A stretch of 64,000 bases of DNA, from NCBI GenBank assembly GCA_963700285.1, contig CAVOXA010000010.1, forward strand, positions 1,952,001 to 2,016,000, written 5' to 3'. Source of the stretch: an uncultured Chloroflexia bacterium (lineage in GTDB: Bacteria > Chloroflexota > Anaerolineae > JAAYZQ01). The translations under genes and the position numbers were made by a program. Under the pieces are notes generated by a model. The model ran no database searches and was not told the DNA's origin. It worked only from the letters and a program-made list of their open reading frames with translations. How positions within the stretch are numbered: the stretch's first letter is position 1; each line of letters opens with the position of its first letter. Of this stretch, positions 39,179 to 49,491 are shown in pieces.

Positions 39179-40485
39179 CTACCTCCCTCGTGAACTCATG
39201 GCCAGGAGATGCTCTGGCAGCTCGATCCCGGCCAGCTCGGCGGCGGCCTTCATGGCCTCCAGCGCCCCGGCGCCCCGGACCTCGTAGCGCGAAATGCCAA
39301 TGTCGCCATCGCGCCAGGCATTGATGAAGCGCAGTTCCCACTGATCCATGCCGATGGCTTCGGCGACCTTGCTCATCTGCATTTCCATGGGGAACTGGCC
39401 GTTCATGATCGTAAAGCCGCGCATTGAGCTGGAGCCGGCCTTGTTGGTGAGAACACACTGGCCGTCCATCCGCATGTTGGGGATGTGGTACGGGCCACAG
39501 GCAAACATCCCACCCTTTTCCACGCCGTAGGGCGAGAAGCCGCCATAGGCGCCGGCATCGTGCCACATCTTGATATGGTTGGCCGTGAGCCGTCCATCCT
39601 TCTTGACGCCTGTCTTGTACTCCAGGACAAAGACACCGCGCTTGGTCGAGTAGAGCAGGTCCTCGCGGCGGCTCATGCGGTACTTGACCGGCCTTCTGAA
39701 CTTGATGCGCCGCCAGACCGGCAAAGTGGTCGGCGTGGATGTGGTTCTTGCCGCCAAAGCCACCGCCGACGATGCCGCCGATGTAGCGGATCTGGCTCAT
39801 GGGCAGGTCAAAGATGGCGGCCAACTGCCCCAACTGGAAGTAGAGGCACTGGCTGTGGGTGTGGATCGCCAACCGCTCGGCATCGTCAAAGTAGGCCACC
39901 GAGACCATCGGTTCCATGGCGGCGTGATCCTGCTCGCCGGTCTGGTAGCGACCTTCGACGATATAATCCGCCTCGGCGAAGCCCTGCTTCACGTCGCCGA
40001 CGTACATGACGCGCGTCGTCATGCCGGGCCCATATTCCCAAAGGTTGCTCTTCAGGTCGGGCCGGACGAGCGGGGCATCGGGCTCCATGGCCTTGAACAT
40101 GTCAAAGACTGGCTCTTGCTCCTCGATGTCCAGCTTGACCTTTTCCAGGGCTTCCTGCAGGTGTCTTCGTCCACGGCCACGACCAGCGCGATGTCCTCGC
40201 CTTTGTAGGCGGATGTACTTGTCGGCCAGAACCGGCTGATCGCCACATGCGCCGTAGCAGCTTGGCCCCGGGGATGTCATCGGCGGTTACGAATCCGACC
40301 ACACCAGGCATCTTTTCCGCTGCCGAGAAGTCGATGCTGCGGATGATCCCCTTGTGGACCGGGCTGCGCAGGGCCTTGGCATACAGCATGCCGGGGAGCA
40401 CAAAGTCGTCCACAAACTTGGTCTGGCCCTTCACCTGCCCGATTCCGTCGTACCGTGGCATTGCCTTACCAACGTATTCGGTCAT
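39179..40485 (-). CDS. Mo-hydroxylase large molybdopterin subunit (NdhL-like), frameshifted
   Basis: 'PGMLYAKALRSP', 'HAAMEP', 'GGGFGGK', 'MRGF', 'ELRFINA'. Confidence 0.87.
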
Positions 40486-40497
40486 GGTTCCTACTCC

Positions 40498-40966
40498 TTA
40501 TACTCGCCAGCGGCCACTGCCTGGATCGCTTCGACGACCTCTTCGTAGCTTCCGCAGCGACACAGGTTGCCGGACATGTAGATCCGGATCTCGTCCCGGG
40601 AGGGATTGGGATTGCTGATCCAGCAACGCCTTGGCGCTCATGAGCATTCCTGGGGTGCAAAAGCCGCACTGGAAGGCGCCATGCTCGTGGAACGCCTTCT
40701 GCAGTGGATGCAATTCTCCATCGGCACTCAGGCCCTCGACCGTCAGGACCTGCCTTACCAGCGACCGTCAGAGCGATGGTCAGGCAGGAGCGGACCGGTT
40801 CGCCGTCGATGAGGACGGTGCAGGTACCACAGTCGCCGTCGTCGCAGCCGCGCTTTGGACCTGTCACGCCGAGTTTCTCCCGGAGGACGTCAAGGAGCGT
40901 CTCGGTAGGCGTGACGATGACATCCACCGGGGAGCCGTTCAGGGTAAATGATAGTATCTGTTTCAT
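40498..40966 (-). CDS. Mo-hydroxylase 2Fe-2S subunit (frameshifted)
   Basis: '[12 protein letters not shown]', 'QCGFCTPG'. Confidence 0.9.
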
Positions 40967-40989
40967 GGTTGCTTCGCCTCCTTGCTCGC

Positions 40990-41840
40990 CTAAACGCCAG
41001 CAGCCTGGGCCAGAGCCCGGGCAACGAGCGCCGTCGCCGCCTTGCTCGCGGTACCAGGCCGTGGCACGCTGGTCGTCGATGGGGCTGCTCTCGGCGACCG
41101 CCTGTGGCAGCGCACTCGGCGATCAATGCCTCGTCGAGCGCCTTGCCCTTGATCATTGCCTCGGCCTTGGTGCAGCGCAATCGGCGTCGGCGCCATCGAC
41201 CCAAGCACAATGCGTGCATCCTTGCAGACCTTGCCGTCCATTTCCAGCCGCACCGCCGCGGATGCGATGGAGCAGGTCTGGGCCTTGCGCAGCCCGATCT
41301 TTTTGAATACAGCCTTGCCTGCGAGCAGCGGCACGTGGATCTCGACGATCAGCTCATCTGGCGTGCGCACCGTCTCCCCAGGCCCGGTGAAAAAGTCCTT
41401 GACCGGCACCACCCGCTCGCCCTCGGCGCTGGCCAGGAGCACTTCGGCATCCATGACCATAAGCGATGGGATCAGGTCCCCGGCTGGCGAAGCGGTCCCC
41501 AGGTTGCCGCCGATGGTAGCCACAGTGCGGATGGCCGGGCTGCCATGGGTCTTGGCCGCATCCGCGAGCACGCGGAATTTCTGGCGATCAGAGTCGCTGG
41601 CGATCAACTGGGCTGCCAGTCGTGCCGGCACCGATCACCAGCTTTCCGTCCTCTTCTTTGATATAGTCCAGACCCAGCCCGCCGATGTAGAGCAGTGCGC
41701 CTGGCTTGATCTCGTAGTAGTTGAGCTGCGGCCACGAGATCGGTGCCGCCAGCCAGGATCGCCGCCTTGTCGCCGTGCTCGGCGAGCAGTTTGACCGCTT
41801 CGCCGACTTCGGTCGGCGCGAAATAGCTGACTTCTCTCAT
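40990..41840 (-). CDS. Mo-hydroxylase FAD subunit (frameshifted)
   Basis: 'LAGGTDLV', 'IRTVATIGGNL..SPAGD'. Confidence 0.9.
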
Positions 41841-42070
41841 GAGTAAACCCTCCGTTTCTCACCATAGAGTCTTTCCGAGTGTTCACTTGAGTCTTGCCAC
41901 CTTCCAGGTTCGATGCCTCTTAACCTCCTCTCTTCCCCTTCCTTGGGGTGCTGGCCACCTCGGTTCGTTTGCTGCATAGCCAGGATACCTGGCAACTGCT
42001 CGTTAGCTACCTAGCCTGTGCGGGGGAACGAGTTCGACTTGTACATGGTGGTGGACGAGATTGCCTCGGC

Positions 42071-42139
42071 ATCGATAACCGATTATCGATTGTTCTTCCA
42101 TTCAGGCCAGATTCTACCACAAGCCGTCAGAGGTGTCAA
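42071..42139 (-). promoter_or_regulatory. sigma70 promoter plus candidate operator for the Mo-hydroxylase operon
   Basis: TTGACA(42139-42134)-N17-TAGAAT(42116-42111); ATCGATAACCGATTATCGAT at 42071-42090. Confidence 0.8.
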
Positions 42140-42458
42140 ATAGACTGGCAGGGCAGTTGCATATCGTTTTCGGTGGGAATCGCACTGTGGGCAGACCTCC
42201 CGGCGATGAAGCCGCTTCGCTACCAAGTCGACCGGACTACAGAGCAACGCCCCATGATACTGGGGCTTCAGGGCCGGTTCGCTGTTCTCCAGCCGGCCTC
42301 AACTGAATGGCAACTAGAGTGCTCTTTGTCCCCGGATCGGGTATTTTGGAGCGATACAATGAGGGCTCGCGCGTGCCTCGAGTTGCTGCGGTATTCGGGG
42401 ACATGGCCGCGCGGGAGCACGTCAGCTTCCACAGCTCCCGCACGGCGGTGTTCGAAGT

Positions 42459-43019
42459 TTAGGCTTCTGCCGGGACTTTGGCTTCGGCTTCGTCCGGGGC
42501 CTCGAATTTCTGGTAGAATTTGCCCCACAGGCCGTAGAGCCAGACCGTCAGCCAGCCGTTGAGGAAACCGAATGCCATCGACAGGGCTACCAGGATGGTC
42601 ACTGTCACGTAATCTCCGGGGACAGCGAACTCCTGCGCTGGCCACCAGTAGAAATACGCTGCAAAGAAAAGGCCAGCCCCCTGAAAATAGGCTGGCACAG
42701 AGGAAATGGGTTTGACCCGCTCAGCTAACAGGATGATCAGAGCGGCCCAGAACGCCACTGAGAGCGTCAGGGACCAGACCCCCAGGCCGGGCGTCGCCAG
42801 GAACTGCACGATGATGGCGATGGCAAACAGCTCACCCAGGATGAAACACAGTGCTCCCCACAGGCCGGTCTTCAGAGTGCCGCCCAGCAAGAAGTAGAGT
42901 GCCCAGCAGGTGAAGCTCACAAACACAATCAACTGGGAAACATAGGCCGAGACCAGCATGAGGGGCAGTACCAGCAGAAAGATGATGATCGGATGGGCGA
43001 GTACATTCAGCAGTTTCAT
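42459..43019 (-). CDS. DUF1097-family membrane protein
   Basis: ~6 TM; 'FTCWALYFLLGG', 'VPAYFQGAGLFFA'. Confidence 0.7.
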   Translation of the reverse strand: MKLLNVLAHPIIIFLLVLPLMLVSAYVSQLIVFVSFTCWALYFLLGGTLKTGLWGALCFILGELFAIAIIVQFLATPGLGVWSLTLSVAFWAALIILLAERVKPISSVPAYFQGAGLFFAAYFYWWPAQEFAVPGDYVTVTILVALSMAFGFLNGWLTVWLYGLWGKFYQKFEAPDEAEAKVPAEA

Positions 43020-43216
43020 GAAGCAATTCTCCTTTCTTGTTGACCTAGATACTTTTGCTCAACAAATCTCCACTCTGTGAGGTTTTTCCCTCCTTCCAGA
43101 CCATGGATCGGCCAGAGCAAGATGGACGCCTGCCAGGTCCAGTCCTGCTTGCCCCCTTGGCCATCGCAACTGCAGTGGTGCTAGATGTCAGATACCCATG
43201 GGTCAAGTTTCTCGCC

Positions 43217-43277
43217 ATCGATAATCGATAATCGAGAACTTGAGGCCAATTGTACCACACACCGGATCTACTGTCAA
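43217..43277 (-). promoter_or_regulatory. sigma70 promoter plus candidate operator for the DUF1097 gene
   Basis: TTGACA(43277-43272)-N17-TACAAT(43254-43249); ATCGATAATCGATAATCGA at 43217-43235. Confidence 0.8.
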
Positions 43278-43669
43278 GTCGACGAACCGAACGATGGGGT
43301 TCACATTTCGGTGGGAGAGCCGCCAGTGCCTGGGCCAGGTGTTGTGCCGCGAGGTGTGATGCTCGATCGATGCAGCAGAATGCTCGGCCATGGTATTCTC
43401 CGTGCCTCTTCACGAGGAAAGCGCAACCATGTAACTTTGTCGAGCCATACTCGAGTTTAGATGCAATTTCCCCACTGGATTGGTTCCTGTGCCAGCGATT
43501 TGAGCTTGAGGCAAAGATCTGGCAGGTTTGGGCCGGACCGGCAGTATCATCCGACCGTGTCGCCCTTGGATGACGCAGATTCCTGCAACCGGTGCAACAA
43601 ACCTGTCAGATCTGATCACATTCAGAACTCCCGGTCCTTGCGCCGCGCAGGACGAGCTAGGCACATCTG

Positions 43670-43698
43670 TTGACAGTCTATTCAGTCTGGCGTACAAT
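43670..43698 (+). promoter_or_regulatory. sigma70 promoter
   Basis: TTGACA-N17-TACAAT upstream of GTG at 43741. Confidence 0.7.
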
Positions 43699-43740
43699 CA
43701 GCCAGAATCCCTGGGACAGATGGTGGACAGGAGGTTAGCC

Positions 43741-44778
43741 GTGAAAGCGCTCGTCAAATATGCCAGCGGGGAGGGTAATGTCGACCTCCTTGATGTAGCT
43801 GAGCCAACTCCGGGACCGGGTCAGGTCAAAATCGAGGTGAAAGCTGCCGGTGTCTGCGGTTCGGACCTGCATATCTATCACGACGAGATTGCCATCTCCG
43901 TCGAACCGCCAGTCATCATCGGACATGAGTTTTCAGGGGTAGTTGTCGGGGTCGGCAGCGGTGTTAAGGATCTCGGCGCGGGCGACCGGGTTACCTGCGA
44001 GACGACGGCCTGGTCCTGTGGCCAGTGCCTGCAATGCCGCCTAGGGCACCACAATATGTGTGCCAACCGCAAGGTCGTGGGTTATGCTGTGGATGGCTGT
44101 TTTGCCCGGTATTGCCTGGCCAACGAGCATCAGGTCCATCTTTTACCGGACAATGTGGGTTTTGTTGCTGGCGCCCTTACCGAGCCGTTGGCCTGCTGTG
44201 TTCACGCCGTGCTCGAGTTGACGACCATATCGGCCGGCGACGTCGTGGTCATCACCGGCCCTGGTTCTATTGGTCTGCTTTGCCTTCAACTGGCCAAGAC
44301 CAGCGGTGCTTTTGCGGTCATGTGTGGCACTTCCCAGGATGCTGGGCGGCTGCAGCTGGCTCAGGAGTTCGGTGCGGATCTAGTCGTCAACGTCGAGGCC
44401 GAGAATGCACTCGATCTTGTTCACGGACTGACCAGTTCACAGGGAGCCGATCTGTTCTTAGAATGCGCGGGAGCACCACCAGCCGCTCGCCTTGGCCTGG
44501 AGATCACGCGTCGTGGGGGACAATATACCCAGGTTGGCCTGTTCCCGGGTCCTTTTGAACTAGATTTCGATACAATCGCCTATAAGGAACTTCGGGTCAC
44601 TGGTTCCCTGGGCCAGCGCCGGACCTCCTGGGACCGTGCACTCGCTCTCATGGGGCAGGGTCGTGTGGATACCGAGGGTCTGGTTCGCTGTACTCTGCCC
44701 CTCACCCAATGGCGTGAGGCATTCCGGCTCTTTGAGGAGAAGGAAGCCCTAAAGATCGTCCTGGAACCTTTGGGCTGA
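43741..44778 (+). CDS. Zn-dependent alcohol dehydrogenase (paralog of 34664-35704)
   Basis: 'GVCGSD', 'GHEFSG', 'CGQCLQC..C', 'GPGSIG'; GGAGG RBS. Confidence 0.9.
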   Translation: MKALVKYASGEGNVDLLDVAEPTPGPGQVKIEVKAAGVCGSDLHIYHDEIAISVEPPVIIGHEFSGVVVGVGSGVKDLGAGDRVTCETTAWSCGQCLQCRLGHHNMCANRKVVGYAVDGCFARYCLANEHQVHLLPDNVGFVAGALTEPLACCVHAVLELTTISAGDVVVITGPGSIGLLCLQLAKTSGAFAVMCGTSQDAGRLQLAQEFGADLVVNVEAENALDLVHGLTSSQGADLFLECAGAPPAARLGLEITRRGGQYTQVGLFPGPFELDFDTIAYKELRVTGSLGQRRTSWDRALALMGQGRVDTEGLVRCTLPLTQWREAFRLFEEKEALKIVLEPLG

Positions 44779-44868
44779 GGGCTGGCAGACTGGCAGGTCA
44801 AGCGATAGCACATTACGTCCCGGGATTGACCACAGCGGCAGTTCCTGGCCTACCATACTGCCGCAACG

Positions 44869-45615
44869 CTAGTCGATAAGCAGGCCCCCATTGACGTCCA
44901 AAATCTCGCCCGTGATAAAGCTTGCCTCATCAGAGGCCAGGAATACGACGGCGTTTGCCACGTCTGCCGGCGTGCCTAGCCGCCCCAGTGGGGTCTGCAG
45001 CCGGAAGGCTTCGTTCTCTTCCTCGGAAGCGATCTGGATCATGGGGGTGTCGATGCGGCCTGGGGCCACGGCGTTGACAGTGATGCCGTGGGAACCAAGC
45101 TCCCTCGCCAACTGCTTGGCCAGGCAAATGACACCGGCCTTGGAGACCGAATAGTGGGCGCCGGCTAGCCTGCCCCCAGTTTTCCCAGCCGAAGAAGCCA
45201 TGTTGATGATCCGGCCTTCACCCTGACGGATCATGGCAGGGAGCACTGCCTGGCAGCAGAGAAAAGCCCCCTTGAGGTTCACGGCCAACAGGCGGTCCCA
45301 CTGTGCTTCAGTGATTTCTTCAAAGGGCAAGACCTCGTAGATACCGGCATTGTTGACCAAGATGTCAATCGTTCCCCATTGGTCACATACCTCAGAGACG
45401 ACATCCTGGATCTGCTGCCGGTTGGTCACATCCATCTGGAATGCCCGGGCCTCGCCGCCTGCAGCCTTGATCTTGACCATCGCGTCGTCGAGGAGCGAGC
45501 TATCGATTTCGCACACAGCGACATGTGCTCCCTCCCGGGCGAAAGCCATGGCGATGCCCAGGCCAATGCCACGGCCTGCCCCGGTGACGATGGCCACCCT
45601 GCCTTCCAAGCGCAT
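44869..45615 (-). CDS. SDR, FabG-like
   Basis: 'TGAGRGIG', 'NNAG', 'YSVSKAG', 'VNGG'. Confidence 0.9.
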   Translation of the reverse strand: MRLEGRVAIVTGAGRGIGLGIAMAFAREGAHVAVCEIDSSLLDDAMVKIKAAGGEARAFQMDVTNRQQIQDVVSEVCDQWGTIDILVNNAGIYEVLPFEEITEAQWDRLLAVNLKGAFLCCQAVLPAMIRQGEGRIINMASSAGKTGGRLAGAHYSVSKAGVICLAKQLARELGSHGITVNAVAPGRIDTPMIQIASEEENEAFRLQTPLGRLGTPADVANAVVFLASDEASFITGEILDVNGGLLID

Positions 45616-45675
45616 ATTCCCGACCTCATGCCTCAAGGCTCTGCAAGAGACCTTTCCCGTGCAGCGCCCTCCAAG

Positions 45676-46056
45676 TTATTCTTCTATCAGGTGATCCTGT
45701 CTGTATTTCTCCGGGATGAAGGGAGGAGCAACCGCAGAGACTACCTTGAGTATCTCTTCCCCATCGTTGATCAATTGGTGGACGGCTTTTGGTGGTACGT
45801 AAACAACCATACCGGGCTCCAAAGGAGCTTCTTCGTCGTCTACCAGAATCCGGCCCTTGCCCGACACACAGTAAAAGACTTCTTCCTGGTCGTCGTGGGC
45901 GTGGGCGTTGCTGAGAAAGCCCGGGTCAACCGAACTGGTACCCAGCCACAGGTACCGGCTGCCCATGTTTTCGGGCGTGACCAGATGCCGGATAACCCGC
46001 TGATGCGGCGGCCCAATGCGGTCGCCCTCAACGTCTTGCTCGCGAATGTATTTCAT
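45676..46056 (-). CDS. Cupin-domain protein
   Basis: 'HAHDDQEEVFYCVSGKG', 'VPPKAVHQ'. Confidence 0.9.
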   Translation of the reverse strand: MKYIREQDVEGDRIGPPHQRVIRHLVTPENMGSRYLWLGTSSVDPGFLSNAHAHDDQEEVFYCVSGKGRILVDDEEAPLEPGMVVYVPPKAVHQLINDGEEILKVVSAVAPPFIPEKYRQDHLIEE

Positions 46057-46110
46057 TGTTTTACCCCCTTACCATCAAGATCTGTCGCTTTTGGGAAGCT
46101 AGCCGTTCAA

Positions 46111-46257
46111 ATCGATTATCGATTATCCCATCTTCCATTTTAGCTTTTTTTGTCGAGGTGTCAAGTAGGTAGTACCTTCATACAGGAATTGTCATTCACT
46201 TGACAAGAATCGAAATGGTGGTAGAATATGGGCGGAAGAATCGATAATCGTTTATTG
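46111..46257. promoter_or_regulatory. Divergent promoters, each followed by a candidate operator
   Basis: Minus: TTGACA-N16-TAAAAT then operator at 46111-46127. Plus: TTGACA(46200)-N16-TAGAAT then ATCGATAATCGTTTATTG at 46240-46257. Confidence 0.75.
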
Positions 46258-46278
46258 AGAGGTCCATGGAGACCAGAC

Positions 46279-46971
46279 ATGACTTCCAGACAACTACAAA
46301 CCGAACCTGCCCATGAGGGTCAACATCTCCCCCGCGTCGTTCTCAGCGACCGGGTTAAAGAGTACATCGTCGACGCGGTTTTGAATGGAGATCTAAAGCC
46401 TGGAGAGCGCATCGTCGAAAGCTCGCTGGCCCGCCAGCTTGGCGTAAGCCAAGCTCCGGTGCGCGAGGCCATCCGTGACCTGGTACTGCTTGGGTTCTTG
46501 GAGACACAACCCTACAAGGGAACCTCTGTTCGGTCCTTCACGCCTGAGGAGTTGTGGGAGACCTATGCAGTCCGCGCCGCCCTGGAATCCCTTGCAGCCC
46601 GTCTGGCAGCCACCCATCTGACCAACGAGGACGTACGGGCGCTGCAGGATATTCTGGACGCGATGATGCTGGCTGCCCGGCGGCAGGATCGAGATGAGCT
46701 TGTGGAACTTGACAACCGCTTTCACGAGAAAATCCTGCAGATCTCGAGAAACAAAACGTTGTATCAGATCTGGAAGACGCTGCAGTTTGGAACCTGGACC
46801 ATTGTCACATACCGGAAAAGTAGCTACGATCCAGAGTATCTGGCCGCACGTCACGAAGAACTGCTCAAAGCCCTCGAGTCGCGCGATCCAGAAAAAGCAA
46901 TGCACGTAATGCAACACCACATCGAGGACATGGGAAAGCCACCCGATGACATGAATCTTGAAGACAATTGA
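46279..46971 (+). CDS. GntR-family regulator (FCD domain)
   Basis: 'LKPGERIVESSLARQLGVSQAPVREA', 'DNRFHEKI', 'HEELL'. Confidence 0.93.
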   Translation: MTSRQLQTEPAHEGQHLPRVVLSDRVKEYIVDAVLNGDLKPGERIVESSLARQLGVSQAPVREAIRDLVLLGFLETQPYKGTSVRSFTPEELWETYAVRAALESLAARLAATHLTNEDVRALQDILDAMMLAARRQDRDELVELDNRFHEKILQISRNKTLYQIWKTLQFGTWTIVTYRKSSYDPEYLAARHEELLKALESRDPEKAMHVMQHHIEDMGKPPDDMNLEDN

Positions 46972-47082
46972 GCCCGAGTTAGTTCTCTGGTCAGCTCGAG
47001 ATCCCCGTCCATCCGCGACGGGGGTCTTTGGGTTTCTAAAGGACATTCGCATGGTGGTCCCAGTCGAAAACGCACCCAAACT

Positions 47083-48279
47083 ATGAATCAAACTTGTACG
47101 TCATCTGGAGATCGCACTCCAGCAGTGACTGGCAGCCGGCGCCTGTTGGTCGGGTTGTACCTCGCAGTGACCTTCCTGTACTTCATGGCCCTCTACCTCT
47201 ATATGCCAACCTTGCCCACCTACGTCGCCAGTAAAACAGGTAACCTGGCTCTAGTAGGCGTCATCCTGGCCCAATTTGGCCTGTGGCAGGCCATCATCCG
47301 GCTGCCTCTGGGGATAGCCACCGATTGGTTGGGCAAGCGCAAGTTGTTCATCATGGTTGGGCTTGTCTTGGCAGGCGTCGGCGCCTGGGTGATGGGTTCC
47401 GCCGATGGCTCGACTGGGCTGTTTGTTGGACGGGCTATCACAGGTGTGGCGGCTGCCACGTGGGTCCCATTGACTGTGGTGTTTAGTAGCCTGTTCCCCG
47501 CTCAGGAAGCCATACGGGCGACCGCAATCCAAACATTCGTGGGCTCACTGGGGCGGGTGACCGGCACTAGCGTTACCGGCTTGCTCAACCAGTTTGGAGG
47601 CTATTCGCTGGCTTTCATGCTGGCAGCTGGCGTTGCAGCGCTAGCTGTAGTCCTGATGTTGCCCGTGCGCAAGAAGCCTCAGCCCACTCGTCGCCCATCT
47701 ATTGCCAGTATTGGGCGCCTGATCACCCGTCGGGATGTGTTGCTCCCTTCTCTGCTTGCTGCTGTCAGCCAATATGCGAACTGGGCTGCCACCTTTGGCT
47801 TTCTGCCGATTCTGGCGGAGGGTATGGGGGCAACCGATGTCATGCTTAGCCTGCTTGTGAGCATGCACATCGGTGTGGTCATCATCACGAACTTGGGAGC
47901 GGCGGGGCTCGTCAATCGCATGGGGGCCAGGCGCCTGGCTCTCATCGCTTTTGTGCTTCTGGCAGGGGGAATCGGCCTGGCTGCGCTGGCGCCCTCGTTG
48001 GCGATCATCTTTGTCGCGCAGTTTCTCATTGCGGTGGCTCAAGGTATCAGCTATCCAGTGCTGATGGGCATGAGCATCCGCGATGTGGCCGATGCCGAGC
48101 GCAACACGGCCATGGGCCTGCACCAGTCGGTGTACGCCATCGGCATGTTCGCCGGTCCGTGGCTGAGCGGCTTGCTGGCCGACGCCATAGGCATTCGGCC
48201 CATGTTTGGCGTGACAGCTTTCGCCTGCCTGGCCCTCGGTGTGTTCTTGATCCGTCTGCTTCCCCCCAAAAAGCAATAG
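47083..48279 (+). CDS. MFS transporter
   Basis: ~12 TM; 'GIATDWLGKRK', 'GLLADAIG'. Confidence 0.9.
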   Translation: MNQTCTSSGDRTPAVTGSRRLLVGLYLAVTFLYFMALYLYMPTLPTYVASKTGNLALVGVILAQFGLWQAIIRLPLGIATDWLGKRKLFIMVGLVLAGVGAWVMGSADGSTGLFVGRAITGVAAATWVPLTVVFSSLFPAQEAIRATAIQTFVGSLGRVTGTSVTGLLNQFGGYSLAFMLAAGVAALAVVLMLPVRKKPQPTRRPSIASIGRLITRRDVLLPSLLAAVSQYANWAATFGFLPILAEGMGATDVMLSLLVSMHIGVVIITNLGAAGLVNRMGARRLALIAFVLLAGGIGLAALAPSLAIIFVAQFLIAVAQGISYPVLMGMSIRDVADAERNTAMGLHQSVYAIGMFAGPWLSGLLADAIGIRPMFGVTAFACLALGVFLIRLLPPKKQ

Positions 48280-48301
48280 GGGCGCGGTAACCGCGCCCCT
48301 A
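48277..48301. terminator. GC-rich hairpin between convergent genes (REP-like)
   Basis: TAGGGGCGCGG-TAA-CCGCGCCCCTA perfect inverted repeat. Confidence 0.7.
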
Positions 48302-48318
48302 CCAGAGACGATTGGCCC

Positions 48319-49400
48319 CTACCAGGCGTCCGGTCCGTACTCTACGCTCTTTTTCCAGTTCATCCGCTCGCGCCAGTCGGGATAGACGTAGCGGCCCATA
48401 TCCATGTCGGTCGGGTGCTCGTAGCGGGCGCCAGGGTAGAGCGTCACCGTCCGCAGATCGATCCTCTTTTCCTTGGCCTTGCGATTGACAATATACTCCA
48501 GGTAGGCAGGGTCTTCGTCGCAGTTGGCCCAGTTGTCATGGTGCATGGGGATGACGACCTTGGCGTTGAGCGCCTCGCTGATGCGCCACAGATCCCAGGG
48601 TGACATCTTGTCGGTGTAGCCAGGAGCATTGTTGCCCATGTTCATGGTACAGACGTCGACCTTGTACTTTTCGCCGACCATGCGGTAGCCGTTGTGGTAG
48701 AGCGTGTCGCCCAGGAAGGCGACGTTGCCGCCCTCGGTGTTAAAGATGAAAGCTGACGGCTACTTCCTCGAATGGCGCCGGTGTGTCAAATCCGGTCTTG
48801 GTGGCGATGGTGTCAAAGTTGGGCGCAAAGTCGATGCGCATGTCCTCGATTTCGACGTACTCGCCCACCTTGGCCACGATCATCCGCTCCTCGGGGACGC
48901 CCATGTTCTTCATCATCCGCCGTGCCGACTCGGGCGGGGCGATGAACTTGCAGTTGGTGGTCTGTAGGGCGGCGGCGATGGTGTAGAAGTCCATGTGGTC
49001 CTGGTGGTGGTGGGTGACACACACCGCATCCAGTCGCTCGAACTTCCAGGGATCGATGACGTGGGGATTGAGGCGCATCCACCACAGCTTGTCGGCGCCG
49101 CTGGTCCGGCACACGCCGCAGTAGGAAGGGTCGGTAAAGATGCTCGGCCCGGCATAGAGGTCCACGGTGAAGACCGCCCCACCCCGCGACTTGAGCGCCC
49201 ACGACGGCCCGCCGAAATACCACATCACTCCCGTGCCCGGCTTGACGTCGAAATTCTCGATCTCGTAGTTGAGGAACGTTCCCCACTCGGGAAACACCTC
49301 CTGCAACCAGATGTCGCGTGACATCTCGCCGTGGTAGGCCAATCGTCCCACCGTCCATAACACCCATTTCGTCGTACTTGACAACTTGGTCCTTGCTCAT
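48319..49400 (-). CDS. UlaG-like (L-ascorbate-6-phosphate lactonase family) MBL-fold hydrolase, frameshifted
   Basis: 'WLQEVFPEWGTFLNYEIE', 'PHVIDPW', 'THHHQDH', 'DKMSPWD', 'VIPMHHDNW'. Confidence 0.85.
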
Positions 49401-49491
49401 GCTCGCTTCCTTTCTGTGTCTTCTTTTCTTCAATCACGGATCAAAGCTTGCAACCCCGGTTACATTGAACAGGTACCCCATCTCCCCAAAC

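Noticed and set aside
38080-41840. Aerobic CO dehydrogenase, given the CoxE-like gene at the window end
   Set aside because: No AYXCSFR motif seen; the Mo subunit is split and reads MRGF; the coxE-like gene is over 20 kb away in another unit.
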